Shown: piece after piece, positions 56,418 through 64,000 of the stretch
How the letters are laid out: each line of letters starts with the position of its first letter
Numbering within the stretch: the stretch's first letter is position 1
From: Gemmatimonadales bacterium
GTDB taxonomy: Bacteria; Gemmatimonadota; Gemmatimonadetes; Gemmatimonadales; GWC2-71-9
NCBI GenBank assembly: GCA_041613315.1
Contig: JBFJHJ010000001.1
Coordinates: 1,452-65,451, forward strand
DNA: 64,000 nucleotides
Direction of reading: 5' to 3'
Notes under the pieces: generated by a model
Database searches by the model: none
What the model was told of the DNA's origin: nothing
Seen by the model: only the letters and a program-made list of their open reading frames with translations
Position numbers and translations under genes: made by a program

Positions 56418-57659
56418 CTAGAACTCGGCGGTGATCGCGAGCGCGAGGAGGTTGTTGGCGACCTGTGGAGCGTCTCGGCCCTCGCGCTGCACGAGGTAGG
56501 CGAGCTTGGCCTTGAGCAGATCCGTCGCCTGCACCTCGACGCCGGCGCCGAACTGGGTGCGCCGCAAGGTCTGGCCGGCCAGGGTCTCCTCGTCGGCATA
56601 GCCCCATCGGCCGACCAGGCTCACCCGTTGCACCTGTTTGGATCTCGGCGTCAGGACGATCGCGGGCTCAACCGTGGCACCCCGGCGGTCGAGCCGCGGG
56701 AGCGGGGCGCCCTCGAGGTCCTCCCGTGAGCGGTAGTAGTAGCCCGAGAGCCTGAACCCCGGCGCCTCGACCCTGAGGTCGGGCCCGAGCGCCCAGAACT
56801 CGGCGCCGTATCGGCGCGGATCGTCGATGCCGAAATCGGTGGACGTGCCCGAGCGCATGCGGCCGCGGGCCGCGCTGAATCCGAGATCCACCTTCGCGGC
56901 GCTGCGGACGGCGACGGCGAGCCGGCCCGTGAGCGACCGGTCACCATCCGCATCGAACGCCGTGGCCATCACGTTGTCCATCAACTCAAAGCTCGGCACA
57001 CCGTTGCCGACGGCGGCCACGTAGTTGATCCCCACCCGCCGGCCGACCAGCCATTCGCCCTCCGCCATCGCGCCGACTTCGTTGTAGTGGGCCGGCACCG
57101 CCTCCCCCGCGGCGGGGGAGAGCACGCTGAACGTGTTGACGGCCGAGAACCATTCATGGTTGTGGATCCCGAAGGGCCACCAGAACCGCCCGAAAGCGAA
57201 CCGGAGGCTGGCGTCTCCGCCGGCGAGTCCCGCCACGTCCCACGTGACCTTCGCCTCGGTAATGACGGGGTCGAGGCCGTTCCCCACGAAGTGGAGCTCG
57301 ACCACGGCTCCCACGCCGCGCAGGGGCTCGCCACCGACGAACACGGCGGCGTCATTGCGGAAGCCCGACTCGTTCACGCCCGTGCGCGGACTCAGGCCGC
57401 TGACGAGGATCTGCGGCGTCGCGCCGACCTCGCTGCCCAGGCCGTCCTGCGCTTCCACATAGACCATCGTGACGTACCCGTGGAGCCGGAAGAAGCTCGT
57501 CGGGTGCGCGTATTGGCCGCTCGCCGTGGTGCGCCGGATATCGCTCAGCGTTACCGTGTCGCTCGGCTCCTCCTGGCCCGGTAGCAGGCCGGCGGAGAGA
57601 GTCCCGAAGAACGAGACCAGCACGCTCGCGCGGATGAGGCCGCGCCGGGCTCTTTGCAT
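56418..57659 (-). CDS. Outer-membrane beta-barrel porin-like protein (phosphate-selective porin O/P-like)
   Basis: ATG 57659 is preceded by GGAGGAG. It has a signal peptide, alternating beta-strand patterns and the C-terminal ...LALAITAEF (terminal Phe). Confidence 0.6.
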   Translation of the reverse strand: MQRARRGLIRASVLVSFFGTLSAGLLPGQEEPSDTVTLSDIRRTTASGQYAHPTSFFRLHGYVTMVYVEAQDGLGSEVGATPQILVSGLSPRTGVNESGFRNDAAVFVGGEPLRGVGAVVELHFVGNGLDPVITEAKVTWDVAGLAGGDASLRFAFGRFWWPFGIHNHEWFSAVNTFSVLSPAAGEAVPAHYNEVGAMAEGEWLVGRRVGINYVAAVGNGVPSFELMDNVMATAFDADGDRSLTGRLAVAVRSAAKVDLGFSAARGRMRSGTSTDFGIDDPRRYGAEFWALGPDLRVEAPGFRLSGYYYRSREDLEGAPLPRLDRRGATVEPAIVLTPRSKQVQRVSLVGRWGYADEETLAGQTLRRTQFGAGVEVQATDLLKAKLAYLVQREGRDAPQVANNLLALAITAEF

Positions 57660-57739
57660 GTTCTCCTCCATCGCTCCATGAGCCCGTCGACCATCCGGTA
57701 GCCGGGCGCACCACATTCTCGCGCCGTGGCGCACACTGC

Positions 57740-57755
57740 CGTGACAGCTATCACA
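57740..57755. promoter_or_regulatory. CRP/FNR-type palindromic operator candidate
   Basis: cGTGA-cagcta-TCACA matches the TGTGA-N6-TCACA consensus at 9 of 10 positions. It is centred about 88 nt upstream of the porin start codon. Confidence 0.3.
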
Positions 57756-57872
57756 GGGCGGAGCGATGCCGGGTTGCGCGCCGCGTGCAGCCGGGTGGGG
57801 AATTTCGTGGTGGGAACCCTGCGATCGCGAGCGAGGGCAACCGCCGTCCTCCGTGGACCTACGTCGTCGGCC

Positions 57873-58907
57873 TCACGGCGTCCCTCGGCGCCACGCCGCG
57901 CCGTCATAGATCCACAGATCGTTCGCTCGCGTGCGCTCGGCGACTGCCATGCTCTGCCCAACCACCCCACCGAACACCACGAACCCGCCCCCCGGCACGT
58001 AGACACCCTCGTGCTCGGCCCGCGCGGGCGGTCCCACCGCATCGAGCCGCGACCAGGCCGCGCCGTCCCACGACCACAGGTCGGCGACGCGGCCCTCGGC
58101 GCCGAAGCCGCCGAAGACCAGCATCCGGTCTCCGGCGGCATCGTAGTCCATGGCGTAGTGCACACCGGGCGGTGCGTCGGGCGAGACGATCGGCCGCCAC
58201 GCGCGGCCATTCCATTCCCAGAGATCGTTGAGCCCCCGCTCGCCGTCGTAGCCCCCGAGCAGGATGATCGTGCCCCGCCCGGCGTGGTACGCCAGCGTGA
58301 ACGCGCCGCGAGCCGACGGGCCGCCGTCGCTCACCCGGTACCAGGCGCCGCCGTCCCATTCCCAGGTGTCGCCGAGCCGCGCGCGGCCCTCGCCCGAGCC
58401 GCCGAACAGCACGGCGCGTCCGCGACGGGGGTCGAACGCCATGGCGCCCAAGTTGCGGGGCGGGGGGCCGTCAACCGCCGACTCGACCCACGACGTGCCG
58501 TCGAACTCCCAGGTGTCGCCGAAGCGGACACCGCCTCCCGCTCCGCCGAACAGCACGACCCGTCGTCGGCGCGCATCGTAGGTCATCTGGAGGTCGCTTC
58601 GCGGCGCCGGTCCCACGACGGAGGCCGCGCGCCAACGGGACCCGTCCCATTCCCACGTATCACCGAGACGGGTGCCGCTGGAGTCGGCGCCTCCGAAGAG
58701 GACGACCGTGCGGCGCGCGGCGTCGTAGGCGAAGCCGAACCCGCTCCGGGGCGCCGGGGCAGCGGCGGCGCGATGGTCCTCTCGAGCGCATGCGCCCGCG
58801 ACTAGACTGAGGACGAGCAGGGCGAGCACCCCGGAGGCGGGCCGGCACGGCAGCCGCTCATGCCACCGGGCGGCGATGTCGCGGGCGGGGGAACGTGGGT
58901 CGAGCAT
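57873..58907 (-). CDS. Kelch-repeat beta-propeller lipoprotein
   Basis: Lipobox LVAGAC, then about six repeats of ...VLFGG....LGDTWEWDG..W... Confidence 0.75.
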   Translation of the reverse strand: MLDPRSPARDIAARWHERLPCRPASGVLALLVLSLVAGACAREDHRAAAAPAPRSGFGFAYDAARRTVVLFGGADSSGTRLGDTWEWDGSRWRAASVVGPAPRSDLQMTYDARRRRVVLFGGAGGGVRFGDTWEFDGTSWVESAVDGPPPRNLGAMAFDPRRGRAVLFGGSGEGRARLGDTWEWDGGAWYRVSDGGPSARGAFTLAYHAGRGTIILLGGYDGERGLNDLWEWNGRAWRPIVSPDAPPGVHYAMDYDAAGDRMLVFGGFGAEGRVADLWSWDGAAWSRLDAVGPPARAEHEGVYVPGGGFVVFGGVVGQSMAVAERTRANDLWIYDGAAWRRGTP

Positions 58908-58993
58908 GGGCCGGGCTAATCTATGAGGTTCCCGGCGCGGCAGGGACGGAGCCTGTGCGACGAGCCATCAGGGAACGGTGGAGGCCGTGGTGT

Positions 58994-59857
58994 TCAGCCC
59001 GCGGCGGCGACGGTTGCGCCGCGCTGCGCCGCCTCCCATCCCAACATCGCCTGCTTGCGCGCCGTGCCCCAGCGGTACCCGCCGAACGCACCCGTCGTGC
59101 GCAGTACTCGGTGACACGGGATGAGATACGCGACCGGGTTCCGACCCACCGCCGACCCGACGGCCCGGGCCGCGCCGGGGCGGCCCGTCGCGCGGGCGAG
59201 ATCCCCATAGGTCGTGGCCGCCCCTCGCGGGATGCGGAGAAGCGCCTCCCACACCTTGAGCTGGAAGTTCGTGCCGCGGAGCACGAGGGTGAGGGGCCGC
59301 CCGCCCTCGCCGCCGAAGATCCGCTCGCCGTAGGAGGCCGCCATCGCCTCGTGCTCGCGGATCACCGCCGCCGGCCACGCGCGCACGAGCCGGTCCACGG
59401 CCTCCCGGCGACTGCCGCCTTCGACAAACTCCAAGGCACAGACGCCCCGGTCTGTCGCGGCGATTACGCACTCGCCGAAGGGACTCGGGCGGAATCCGTA
59501 GCCGATCGTGAGGCCGCTGCCGGACGCCTTGTACTCGCCCGGGGTCACGGCCTCGACGGTGACGAAGAGATCGTGCAGGCGCCCCGGTCCCGACAGGCCA
59601 CTTTCGTACGCGGCGGCCAACACCGAGCGTCCCTCGCGCAGCGCCTCCTTGGCGCGCTCGACCGTGAGGTACTGGAGAAATCGTTTCGGGCTCACGCCGG
59701 CCCACCGCCGGAAGAGCCGTTGAAAGTGGAAGTCGCTCAGGCCCACGGCCTCCGCCACCGCCCGGAGCGGCGGCTGTCGGTCGGCGTGCGCCTCCAGAAA
59801 CCGGATCGCCGCTTCGATTCGGCGATAGTCGCGCAGCAGTTGCGGCCCGTGGGGCAT
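58994..59857 (-). CDS. ogt: AraC-type HTH fused to methylated-DNA-protein-cysteine methyltransferase (Ada/Ogt-like)
   Basis: Start at ATG 59857 (MPHGPQLLRDY...) within ORF 58994..59989. HTH region GLSDFHFQRLFRRWAGVSPKRF and active site IPCHRV. Confidence 0.85.
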   Translation of the reverse strand: MPHGPQLLRDYRRIEAAIRFLEAHADRQPPLRAVAEAVGLSDFHFQRLFRRWAGVSPKRFLQYLTVERAKEALREGRSVLAAAYESGLSGPGRLHDLFVTVEAVTPGEYKASGSGLTIGYGFRPSPFGECVIAATDRGVCALEFVEGGSRREAVDRLVRAWPAAVIREHEAMAASYGERIFGGEGGRPLTLVLRGTNFQLKVWEALLRIPRGAATTYGDLARATGRPGAARAVGSAVGRNPVAYLIPCHRVLRTTGAFGGYRWGTARKQAMLGWEAAQRGATVAAAG

Positions 59858-59917
59858 GGATCGTCGCACCTCGAGGAAGCCGATCGCGGCAGAGACTCGA
59901 CGATAGTCGCGTAACGC
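59791..59917 (-). repeat. 78-nt-period direct duplication spanning the ogt-like gene start
   Basis: Plus-strand 59791-59839 and 59869-59917 align by eye, including the exact run cgatagtcgcg. They encode LLRDYRRIEAAIRFLE and ALRDYRRVSAAIGFLE. Confidence 0.5.
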
Positions 59918-60077
59918 CTGATGCACGTCGCTCACGGCTGCCCCCTGCGGAAGTGCCTGCAAGGTGGAGGGGGCCCGGCGTGGCGACAACCCGATTCTTG
60001 CGGCGCGGCGTGTGGGGGCCGCGGCCCGCTATCTCTCCGCCCGTCGCCGTGCTGCGAGGCTCGATCCCGGCGACCCG

Positions 60078-60989
60078 CTAGTGACCGCTCGGGGACGCGG
60101 CGACCGGCGCGGCGAAGTCGGTGAGATTCAGTTCCAGCAGCGACAGCCCGTTCACATTGACCAACCCGTAGCGGGTCGTCCAGTGAAGGTGCGGGCCCGT
60201 CACGCGGCCGGTTGCGCCGATCCTCCCGACGACCTGCCCCTGCTCGACGGTGTCGCCTTCAGCCACCAGCACCTCGCTCAGGTGCATGAGGGCCGACACG
60301 ACCCCGGCGCCGTGATCGAGGTACATGATGTTGCCCGCATAGTAGAAGTCCCCGACCAGCGCCACGACGGCGCGGTTCGGGGCGCGGACCGGCGTTCCGG
60401 TGGTGCCGGAGAAATCCACTCCCCAGTGCCGGCTCTGGAGCCTGCCGTTGAACTCGCGGCCCGTCCCCCAGAGGCTCGTCACGCGTCCCGAGGCCGGCGG
60501 CTGGAACGAGCCGCGCCAGTAGCGGTCGGCCTCGAGCGACCGCCGGGACACCGCTCGCCCCGCCTCACGCTCCCGGGCCACGCGGGCGGCGGTCGCCGAG
60601 TCCAGCGGCTCGACGAAACGCGGCGCCACCGTCAGCTGCTCGATCCGGAAGTCGCCCCGGGCCACCGGCAACCGGACGAAGTGGTGGATCTCCGGGCCGC
60701 GCGCCGCCTCGACGATGAGCGTCATGGGGATGGTCTGGCCGGCGCCGATGGGGATGCCGCCCACGGCGACAAACCGGCCACCGGCGTCCCGCTCGAACCG
60801 GAGCGGTTGGCCGGCCAGCGTGCCGCGCATCGCGCGCGTGCCGCTGTCGGGGCGTACGGACAGCACGACGAGCGAGCCTTGCGTCGGCGGGTCGGGGGTC
60901 CAGGTCACCCGCGGCGCCGCATTCTGGAGTGGGGCGGCCGCGCCCGCGAAGAGGAGGAGCGCGGCACCCGCGGCGATCCGTTTGATCAT
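60078..60989 (-). CDS. M23-family metallopeptidase, secreted
   Basis: Start at ATG 60989 (MIKRIAAGAALLLFAGAAAP signal) within ORF 60078..61025. Motifs HWGVDF and GPHLHW. Confidence 0.85.
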   Translation of the reverse strand: MIKRIAAGAALLLFAGAAAPLQNAAPRVTWTPDPPTQGSLVVLSVRPDSGTRAMRGTLAGQPLRFERDAGGRFVAVGGIPIGAGQTIPMTLIVEAARGPEIHHFVRLPVARGDFRIEQLTVAPRFVEPLDSATAARVAREREAGRAVSRRSLEADRYWRGSFQPPASGRVTSLWGTGREFNGRLQSRHWGVDFSGTTGTPVRAPNRAVVALVGDFYYAGNIMYLDHGAGVVSALMHLSEVLVAEGDTVEQGQVVGRIGATGRVTGPHLHWTTRYGLVNVNGLSLLELNLTDFAAPVAASPSGH

Positions 60990-61085
60990 GCTGCAAGATA
61001 CACCGCTTGTGTCGCGGAGTGGCACTCCCCGCTAGCTTACAAGCGAATCCCCACCCGCCACCCGTTCTCCCAGGCTGGGCACGCC

Positions 61086-61913
61086 ATGCTCATTGATTGC
61101 CACGTGCACGTCAACAACTACGATGAACGCCGAACGCGATCCACGGAGGAGATCGCCCAGGACCTGTTTCGCACGATGGAGACGTGTGGCGTGGATCACG
61201 CCGTGGTCCTCACGTCGTACAAAGTGACCCCTCACCGCCCGCACGCGGAGAAGGTCATCGAGGTCATGGGCGACGATCCGCGCGTCACGATCGTCGAAGG
61301 GCTGCGGTGGCGGGAGCCCGAGCATCGCACGGACCTGTTCGCCCTGGAGGATCGGGTCCGCCAGGGCTTCGTGAAAGGGATCAAGCTGTATCCCGGATAC
61401 GACAAGTACCCGATCAACGACCCGTCGCTGGAGAGCTTTTTCCATCTCGCCGCCAAGTACGATGTCCCGGTGATGATCCACACCGGCGACACGTACCACA
61501 AACGGGCCAAGGTGCGGCAGGCGCATCCCCTCCTCGTGGACGACGTGGCGGTCGACTACCCCGACGTCCGGTTCGTCATGTGCCACTTGGGCAATCCCTG
61601 GTTCGACGACACCGCGGCGGTGCTGTACAAGAACGAGAACGTCTACGCCGACATATCGGGGCTGACGCTCGGAGACTTCTCCGCCGAGTTCGAGCGACAT
61701 ACCCTCGCACGGCTGCGAGAGATGATTCAACTCATGGGAGATCCGAGCCGCCAGTTGTTGTTCGGTTCCGACTGGCCGCTCGTCGGAATGAAGAGTTACG
61801 TCAAGTTCTTCAACGGGTTGGACCTCACGGCGGAGCAGCGGGAGTGCGTGGCGTGGCGGACGGCCTCGCAGCTCTTCAAGATCGACGTCGAGCGCCTCCA
61901 GCACCGTTCATGA
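61086..61913 (+). CDS. Amidohydrolase_2-type TIM-barrel metal-dependent hydrolase
   Basis: Start at ATG 61086 ([11 protein letters not shown]...) in frame with ORF 59964..61913. Motifs [12 protein letters not shown] and FGSDWP. Confidence 0.85.
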   Translation: MLIDCHVHVNNYDERRTRSTEEIAQDLFRTMETCGVDHAVVLTSYKVTPHRPHAEKVIEVMGDDPRVTIVEGLRWREPEHRTDLFALEDRVRQGFVKGIKLYPGYDKYPINDPSLESFFHLAAKYDVPVMIHTGDTYHKRAKVRQAHPLLVDDVAVDYPDVRFVMCHLGNPWFDDTAAVLYKNENVYADISGLTLGDFSAEFERHTLARLREMIQLMGDPSRQLLFGSDWPLVGMKSYVKFFNGLDLTAEQRECVAWRTASQLFKIDVERLQHRS

Positions 61914-63376
61914 CCGCCGTTCGAGGCCGTTCCCTCTTCGACGCGTATGAACCGCTGGCAGGCGCGTACGACGAGGTGTTTGCCGGCCCCGGGCGGGTAC
62001 GGTCCGAGGTGCAGCGCGTCGTGACCCTCCTCAACGCCGTAGACCGGGCGGAGTTCCAGGCGCGGCGCCGGCTGGCGGACGGAGCGTTCCTGAAACACGG
62101 CGTCACCTTCTCCGTGTCTGGCGGCGCCGAAGGGACGGAGCGGATCTTTCCGTTCGATCTCGTGCCGCGGATCGTGAGCGGGGAGGAGTGGGACCGCCTC
62201 GAACGGGGGCTCGTGCAGCGTGTGACGGCGCTCGACGCGTTCTTGCACGACATCTACGGCGACCGCCGCATCCTGGCGGAGGGCGTGATCCCCGGGGAGA
62301 TGGTGGAGGCGTCCCGAGGCTACCTGTCGCAGATGCGGGGCGTCTCGCCCCCCGGCGGCGTGTTCATCCACATCGCAGGGATCGATCTCATCCGTCGGCC
62401 CGACGGCGCATTCGTCGTCCTCGAGGACAACGTGCGGACCCCGTCTGGGGTGTCGTACGTGTTGGAGAACCGCTCGGTCATGAAGCGGGTGTTTCCCGGC
62501 GTGTTCCGCGAGGCGCAGGTGCGGCCGGTGGACGAGTATCCGGCGCGGCTCAAAGCGGCGCTCCTCTCCGTCGCGCCTCCGGGGGCGGAGCGTCCTCGCG
62601 CCGTGATTCTGACGCCCGGGCCATACAGCGCCGCGTACTTCGAGCACAGCTTCCTCGCCCGGCGCATGGGCTGCGAGCTCGTCGAGGGGCAAGACCTCTT
62701 CGTGCGAGACGATCGGGTCTTCGTCCGCACGACGCGCGGCCCGAGCCCGGTGGACGTGATCTACCGGCGCGTGGACGACGCCTTCCTCGACCCCGAGACC
62801 TTCCGCACCGACAGCCTCCTGGGCGTCCCCGGGCTCGTGCGGGTGTACCGCGCCGGTGGGGTGACGATCGCCAACGCCATCGGCAACGGCGTCGCGGATG
62901 ACAAGGCGATGTATCCCTTCGTGCCCGACATGATCCGTTTCTACCTGGATGAGGAACCCGTCCTGCAACAGGTGGAGACCTATGTCTGCCACCGGCCGAA
63001 CGAGCTCGAGTACGTCTTGACGAACCTCGGGAGCCTCGTGGTCAAGGCCGTGGACGAGGCCGGGGGATACGGCATGCTGGTCGGTCCCCAGGCCAGTCGG
63101 AAGGCCATTACCGCCATGCGTCGGCGCATCCGGGCGGCCCCGCGGCGCTACATCGCGCAGCCGCTGGTCGAGCTGTCCACCTGTCCGACGTGGACGGGAC
63201 GGAGCATGGCGCCGCGCCGCGTAGACCTCCGGCCCTTCGTCGTCTCCGGCCGCGACCGCTGGGTGTTGCCAGGCGGCCTCACCCGCGTCGCGCTTCGCCC
63301 AGGATCGTATGTCGTGAACTCGAGCCAGGGCGGCGGGTCCAAAGACACCTGGGTGCTGGAGCCCCGCGACGCATGA
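61910..63376 (+). CDS. Circularly permuted type-2 ATP-grasp protein
   Basis: ATG 61910 overlaps the upstream stop (ATGA) and is in frame with ORF 61184..63376. The family-typical strings are [24 protein letters not shown] and [17 protein letters not shown]. Confidence 0.85.
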   Translation: MTAVRGRSLFDAYEPLAGAYDEVFAGPGRVRSEVQRVVTLLNAVDRAEFQARRRLADGAFLKHGVTFSVSGGAEGTERIFPFDLVPRIVSGEEWDRLERGLVQRVTALDAFLHDIYGDRRILAEGVIPGEMVEASRGYLSQMRGVSPPGGVFIHIAGIDLIRRPDGAFVVLEDNVRTPSGVSYVLENRSVMKRVFPGVFREAQVRPVDEYPARLKAALLSVAPPGAERPRAVILTPGPYSAAYFEHSFLARRMGCELVEGQDLFVRDDRVFVRTTRGPSPVDVIYRRVDDAFLDPETFRTDSLLGVPGLVRVYRAGGVTIANAIGNGVADDKAMYPFVPDMIRFYLDEEPVLQQVETYVCHRPNELEYVLTNLGSLVVKAVDEAGGYGMLVGPQASRKAITAMRRRIRAAPRRYIAQPLVELSTCPTWTGRSMAPRRVDLRPFVVSGRDRWVLPGGLTRVALRPGSYVVNSSQGGGSKDTWVLEPRDA

Positions 63377-64000
63377 TCTCGCGCGTGGCCGAGAGCTGCT
63401 TCTGGCTGCACCGGTACATGGAGCGGGTCGAGAACACGGCCCGCATGCTGCAGGTCAACGTCTGGTTCCTGTTGGATGTGGACCTGCCGGTGCTCAATCA
63501 CTGGCGGCCGGCGCTCATCGTGGCAGGCGAAGACGCTCGGTTTCGGTCCCTGCACGACGAGTTGGCGGCGGACGACGCGGAGGCGGTGCAGGGGTATCTG
63601 GTATGGGACGAACGGAACCCGACGTCCGTCGTGCGCTCCCTCGGCGCGGCCCGCGAGCACGCGCGGACCATCCGCGACACCATCAGCCTCGAGGCCTGGG
63701 CGGCCGTGAACAGCTTCTGGCTGTGGCTGCGGGGCGGGGCGGGGCGGCGCCTCTACGGCCGGGATCGGCACGCGTTCTACGATCGGGTGCGCGAGTCCTG
63801 TTACATGTTCCATGGCGTGTGCGCCGATACCATGCTGTATAACGAGCCGTTCGACTTCATGCGGTTGGGCATGCTGCTGGAGCGCGCCGGCCAGACGGCC
63901 CGGATCCTGGACATCAAGTATCACAACCTCGGGCCGACCCACGCGGACCGCGAGTCGCCCGCGGAGGCAGCCCAGTGGCTCGCCATCCTCCGCTCGTGCT
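63373..64000 (+). CDS. Alpha-E domain protein (partial, runs off the right edge)
   Basis: ATG 63373 overlaps the upstream stop (ATGA). [26 protein letters not shown]... is the characteristic alpha-E N-terminus. The reading frame stays open to the window end. Confidence 0.85.
   Translation, partial: MISRVAESCFWLHRYMERVENTARMLQVNVWFLLDVDLPVLNHWRPALIVAGEDARFRSLHDELAADDAEAVQGYLVWDERNPTSVVRSLGAAREHARTIRDTISLEAWAAVNSFWLWLRGGAGRRLYGRDRHAFYDRVRESCYMFHGVCADTMLYNEPFDFMRLGMLLERAGQTARILDIKYHNLGPTHADRESPAEAAQWLAILRSC

Noticed and set aside
57738-57757. Pho box upstream of the porin/PstS-like pair (CTGTGATAGCTGTCAC contains two CTGTxA repeats).
   Set aside because: The direct repeats are 9 nt apart rather than the 11-nt periodicity of PhoB boxes. 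The sequence is better explained as an inverted repeat of CRP type.
57873-58907. Periodic DNA repeats (recurring ...ttcggcgg...gacacctgggaatgggacgg...-type units), considered as a tandem repeat or CRISPR-like array.
   Set aside because: The period is ~150 nt, the units are diverged, and they sit entirely inside one ORF encoding Kelch blades (VLFGG...GDTWEWDG). There is no spacer/repeat architecture.

Overview
Very GC-rich bacterial chromosomal segment. The third codon position is almost always G/C, so many long off-frame and antisense ORFs in the track are artefacts. A C-terminal-Phe beta-barrel protein and many lipobox lipoproteins indicate a diderm envelope, but the lineage cannot be fixed from this window. 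I found no rRNA, tRNA, CRISPR array, transposase or integrase. About 65 protein genes are supportable, most tightly packed with ATGA/GTGA start-stop overlaps. Housekeeping content: a five-gene Opp/Dpp-type peptide ABC operon, gcvH-gcvP plus a lipoate ligase-like gene, tdk, HU, folE plus an SDR, thymidine phosphorylase, an acyl-CoA synthetase, a tesA/ybbA/ybbP-like locus, and peptidases (S9, M23, DmpA). Most notable items: (1) 26.4-35.7 kb holds one translationally coupled operon with NurA-like nuclease, HerA-like ATPase, two tandem exported paralogs of unknown family, Mre11/SbcD, Rad50/SbcC and a GNAT. This is an archaeal-style end-resection set with unexplained envelope-targeted inserts. (2) A GrdB/PrdB-family gene (20970-21779) has an in-frame TGA at the expected redox position, followed directly by a SECIS-like hairpin, making it a candidate selenoprotein. 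(3) A ~315-nt structured leader with a near-consensus promoter and mutually exclusive hairpins lies upstream of folE. (4) A DEAD-box helicase scaffold has lost every catalytic motif but keeps a DbpA-type RNA-binding tail. (5) CoaE is fused to a PIG-L/LmbE-type deacetylase. (6) The right edge carries an amidohydrolase, circularly permuted ATP-grasp and alpha-E cluster. All family calls come from motif recognition by eye, and no searches were run.
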